Assembly: GCA_030704615.1 (NCBI GenBank)
Contig: CM060732.1
Coordinates: 11,532,001-11,596,000, forward strand
Origin: Takakia lepidozioides
Lineage: Eukaryota; Plantae; Bryophyta
Direction of reading: 5' to 3'
Length of the DNA: 64,000 nt
Below, piece by piece: positions 62,230 through 64,000 of this stretch (position 1 is the stretch's first letter; each line of letters begins with the position of its first letter). The notes beneath the pieces are model-generated. The model saw nothing but the letters and a program-made list of their open reading frames with translations, did not search any database and was not told the origin of the DNA. The translations under genes and the position numbers were made by a program.

Positions 62230-63830
62230 TCCGGATGAAGGCATTTGTCTTCTGGACTTGTTTGGCGGGATCAGCACCGGATTGGCTGCTGTGTTACAGG
62301 CAGGTGTACGAGTTCGGCGTTACCTGTATGTGGAGAGGGATGAGACTGCACGACGCGTTTCACTTCGCCATGTTGCTCAGTTGGTGCAGCGGTACCCTGA
62401 GTTGTTGTCGGTGTCTGCAATTCGTGGATATCAGCAGGCCTTGCCAGACATTTCGTTGCTGGGGGCGCAGGATTTGGAGCGGGTTGGCTCCATTGATCTG
62501 GTAGTGGCAGGTTGGCCCTGCCAAGGGCATTCATCAGCCGGGCATGGCAATGGATTGAGCGACGCGAGGCTCGGCTGTGACATGGGCGTGCATGGCCATG
62601 CCTTCAGTCCAAAGCCTATCTGATCATGTTTCCCAGCCTAGCATGGCTCCAGCTCTTGGTTGAATGAGTGCGATTCCATCCCAGGCCTACTCTCACAGTA
62701 GCATCCTAGCAGCGTCCAGATAATGCCTGTTGTGACACCACACAACCAGTGAGACACTCGTGTGATAAAGGCCCCACTTCATGCGGTCATGCACCATTGC
62801 TTAGCAGAGTGTAGGTGTCAGTCATCAGTTTGGATCATACACATGCTACGCCCCTGCATGATGCATTCAACGTGCTTGCCACCTCTGCCGCAACAACACA
62901 TGTTCATGACCGCAACTTCAGTGCAGCACTAGCGATACAGAGACGAAGGCCGGCTGATTCGGATTGTGTGGCGGTGCAAGTATTACTGCCTACTACCATC
63001 GACCAAGCAGCAAATGCGGCTTTCATGGCATGTGTTTAGTTGTATGGCCATCCACGAGCTGGTCAGGTTGGCGCTGGCAGCTAGTGTAGCTGACAGTAGG
63101 ACGTCCATTAGGTGCAAGTTCTTCGAAGAGTTTCACGGAGCTTGCAAGAGTTCTGCATGAGGCGCTTGGGGGTTACTTGGTATGGCAAGGAAACGTGACT
63201 CGAGGTCGGGTCTGTTTGGGAGATGGTGCGGGTTTTGCGCCACTTGCAGCTTCATCAAGCTGTATCTCCAGCATACATCTTGGAGAATGTGCCACTGATG
63301 GGCGATTCTCGGGCCAGGGTGATGGCCAGTGTGCATCAAGTCCGGTCGTGGCTTGGGTCAGCAGTGTTGCTAGATGCAGCTACAGTGGGGTCACGGGCTC
63401 ATCGTCCACGGCTATGGTGGACTAACTTGATGCCACCCGCACTGCTCAAGCGTGCATTTGATGGGGTGCAGTGGCCAGCACATCTCACAGTGGATAACAT
63501 TCTGGACACAAGCGTGTGAGACACGATGACCGTTCGCCTTTGGCAGTGGTCAACAAGGTGGGTCAACCACGAGCAGCATTACCTACACTGCTCAGCTTCC
63601 CAGGATCGCATGCTTTCCGGGATAGTGGACCTGGCCTCCTGTGGGATGCTGAGTTGCAGCAGTTAGTGGAGCCTAATGCTGACGAGCGTGAGCGGGCAAT
63701 GGGTTTTACCACTGGTACCACGGCGGTGTCGTCTCTTTCTGAGGCATCACGTCGTCAAGTGTTGGGGCAAGCAATGGATCTCAATTGCTTGACTTGGATT
63801 ATCAGCTTGGCTCTGGCTGAGCAACGCAGA
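62230..63830 (+). pseudogene. C5 cytosine DNA methyltransferase domain inside the polyprotein, split by a ~620-bp insert
   Basis: Motif I LDLFGGI, II YVERD, IV AGWPCQG, VI YILENV, VIII RAHRPRLWWTN, IX EPNADERERAMGF, X RRQVLGQAMD. Confidence 0.92.
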
Positions 63831-64000
63831 GTGCGGAGTACACTTTCCTCAATGGTCTCTCTGCCTACCGAGACGGTACAGGCAGTGAGTGGGGGCGAGC
63901 ATGTGAGGACCACGGGGTGCATGCATCCATGGCACACGTGGGAGGTGCTCGAGGTTCAGAGGGAGTTGGCAGCCAAGGCGGCTGTGATGGATGAGGTTGG

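Larger units (their letters stand above)
56275..64000 (+). mobile_element. Gypsy-like retroelement carrying a C5 DNA methyltransferase; putative ~3-kb 5' LTR 56275-59264; continues beyond the window
   Basis: TGTGAAAC start right after a splice donor of the ParB gene; long non-coding leader ending ...GCAACA; gag, zinc knuckles, protease, DNMT in order; second LTR, RT and TSD not visible. Confidence 0.7.

Overview
Eukaryotic, transposon-dense DNA from a land plant, most likely a bryophyte (inferred from a PLS-type PPR-DYW gene, GT-AG introns and non-chromoviral Ty3/Gypsy). From left to right: (1) a TTAA-flanked piggyBac-like element (2156-15818) whose transposase Cys-rich tail is split by a young 9.5-kb Ty3/Gypsy element with an extra ORF upstream of gag; (2) a two-exon membrane-protein gene; (3) a hAT relic, then a complete 7.2-kb hAT (TIRs, 8-bp TSD) carrying captured ETFQO exons; (4) two more piggyBac-family pieces, a LINE relic, a PIF/Harbinger-type MITE, a frameshifted PPR-DYW gene and a hairpin tandem array; (5) two diverged, oppositely oriented copies of a two-gene unit: a Mutator-like DDE/SWIM transposase back-to-back with a spliced ParB/Srx-domain gene that ends in an amino-methyltransferase-like segment, with arrays of 22-28-bp palindromes (4-nt TTGA spacer) that look like parS-type sites; (6) a Gypsy-like retroelement with a C5 cytosine methyltransferase domain after the protease, inserted into that ParB gene and running off the window. 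Many ORFs carry single-base indels, so pseudogenisation cannot be separated from assembly error. All family assignments come from motif recognition by eye; no searches were run.
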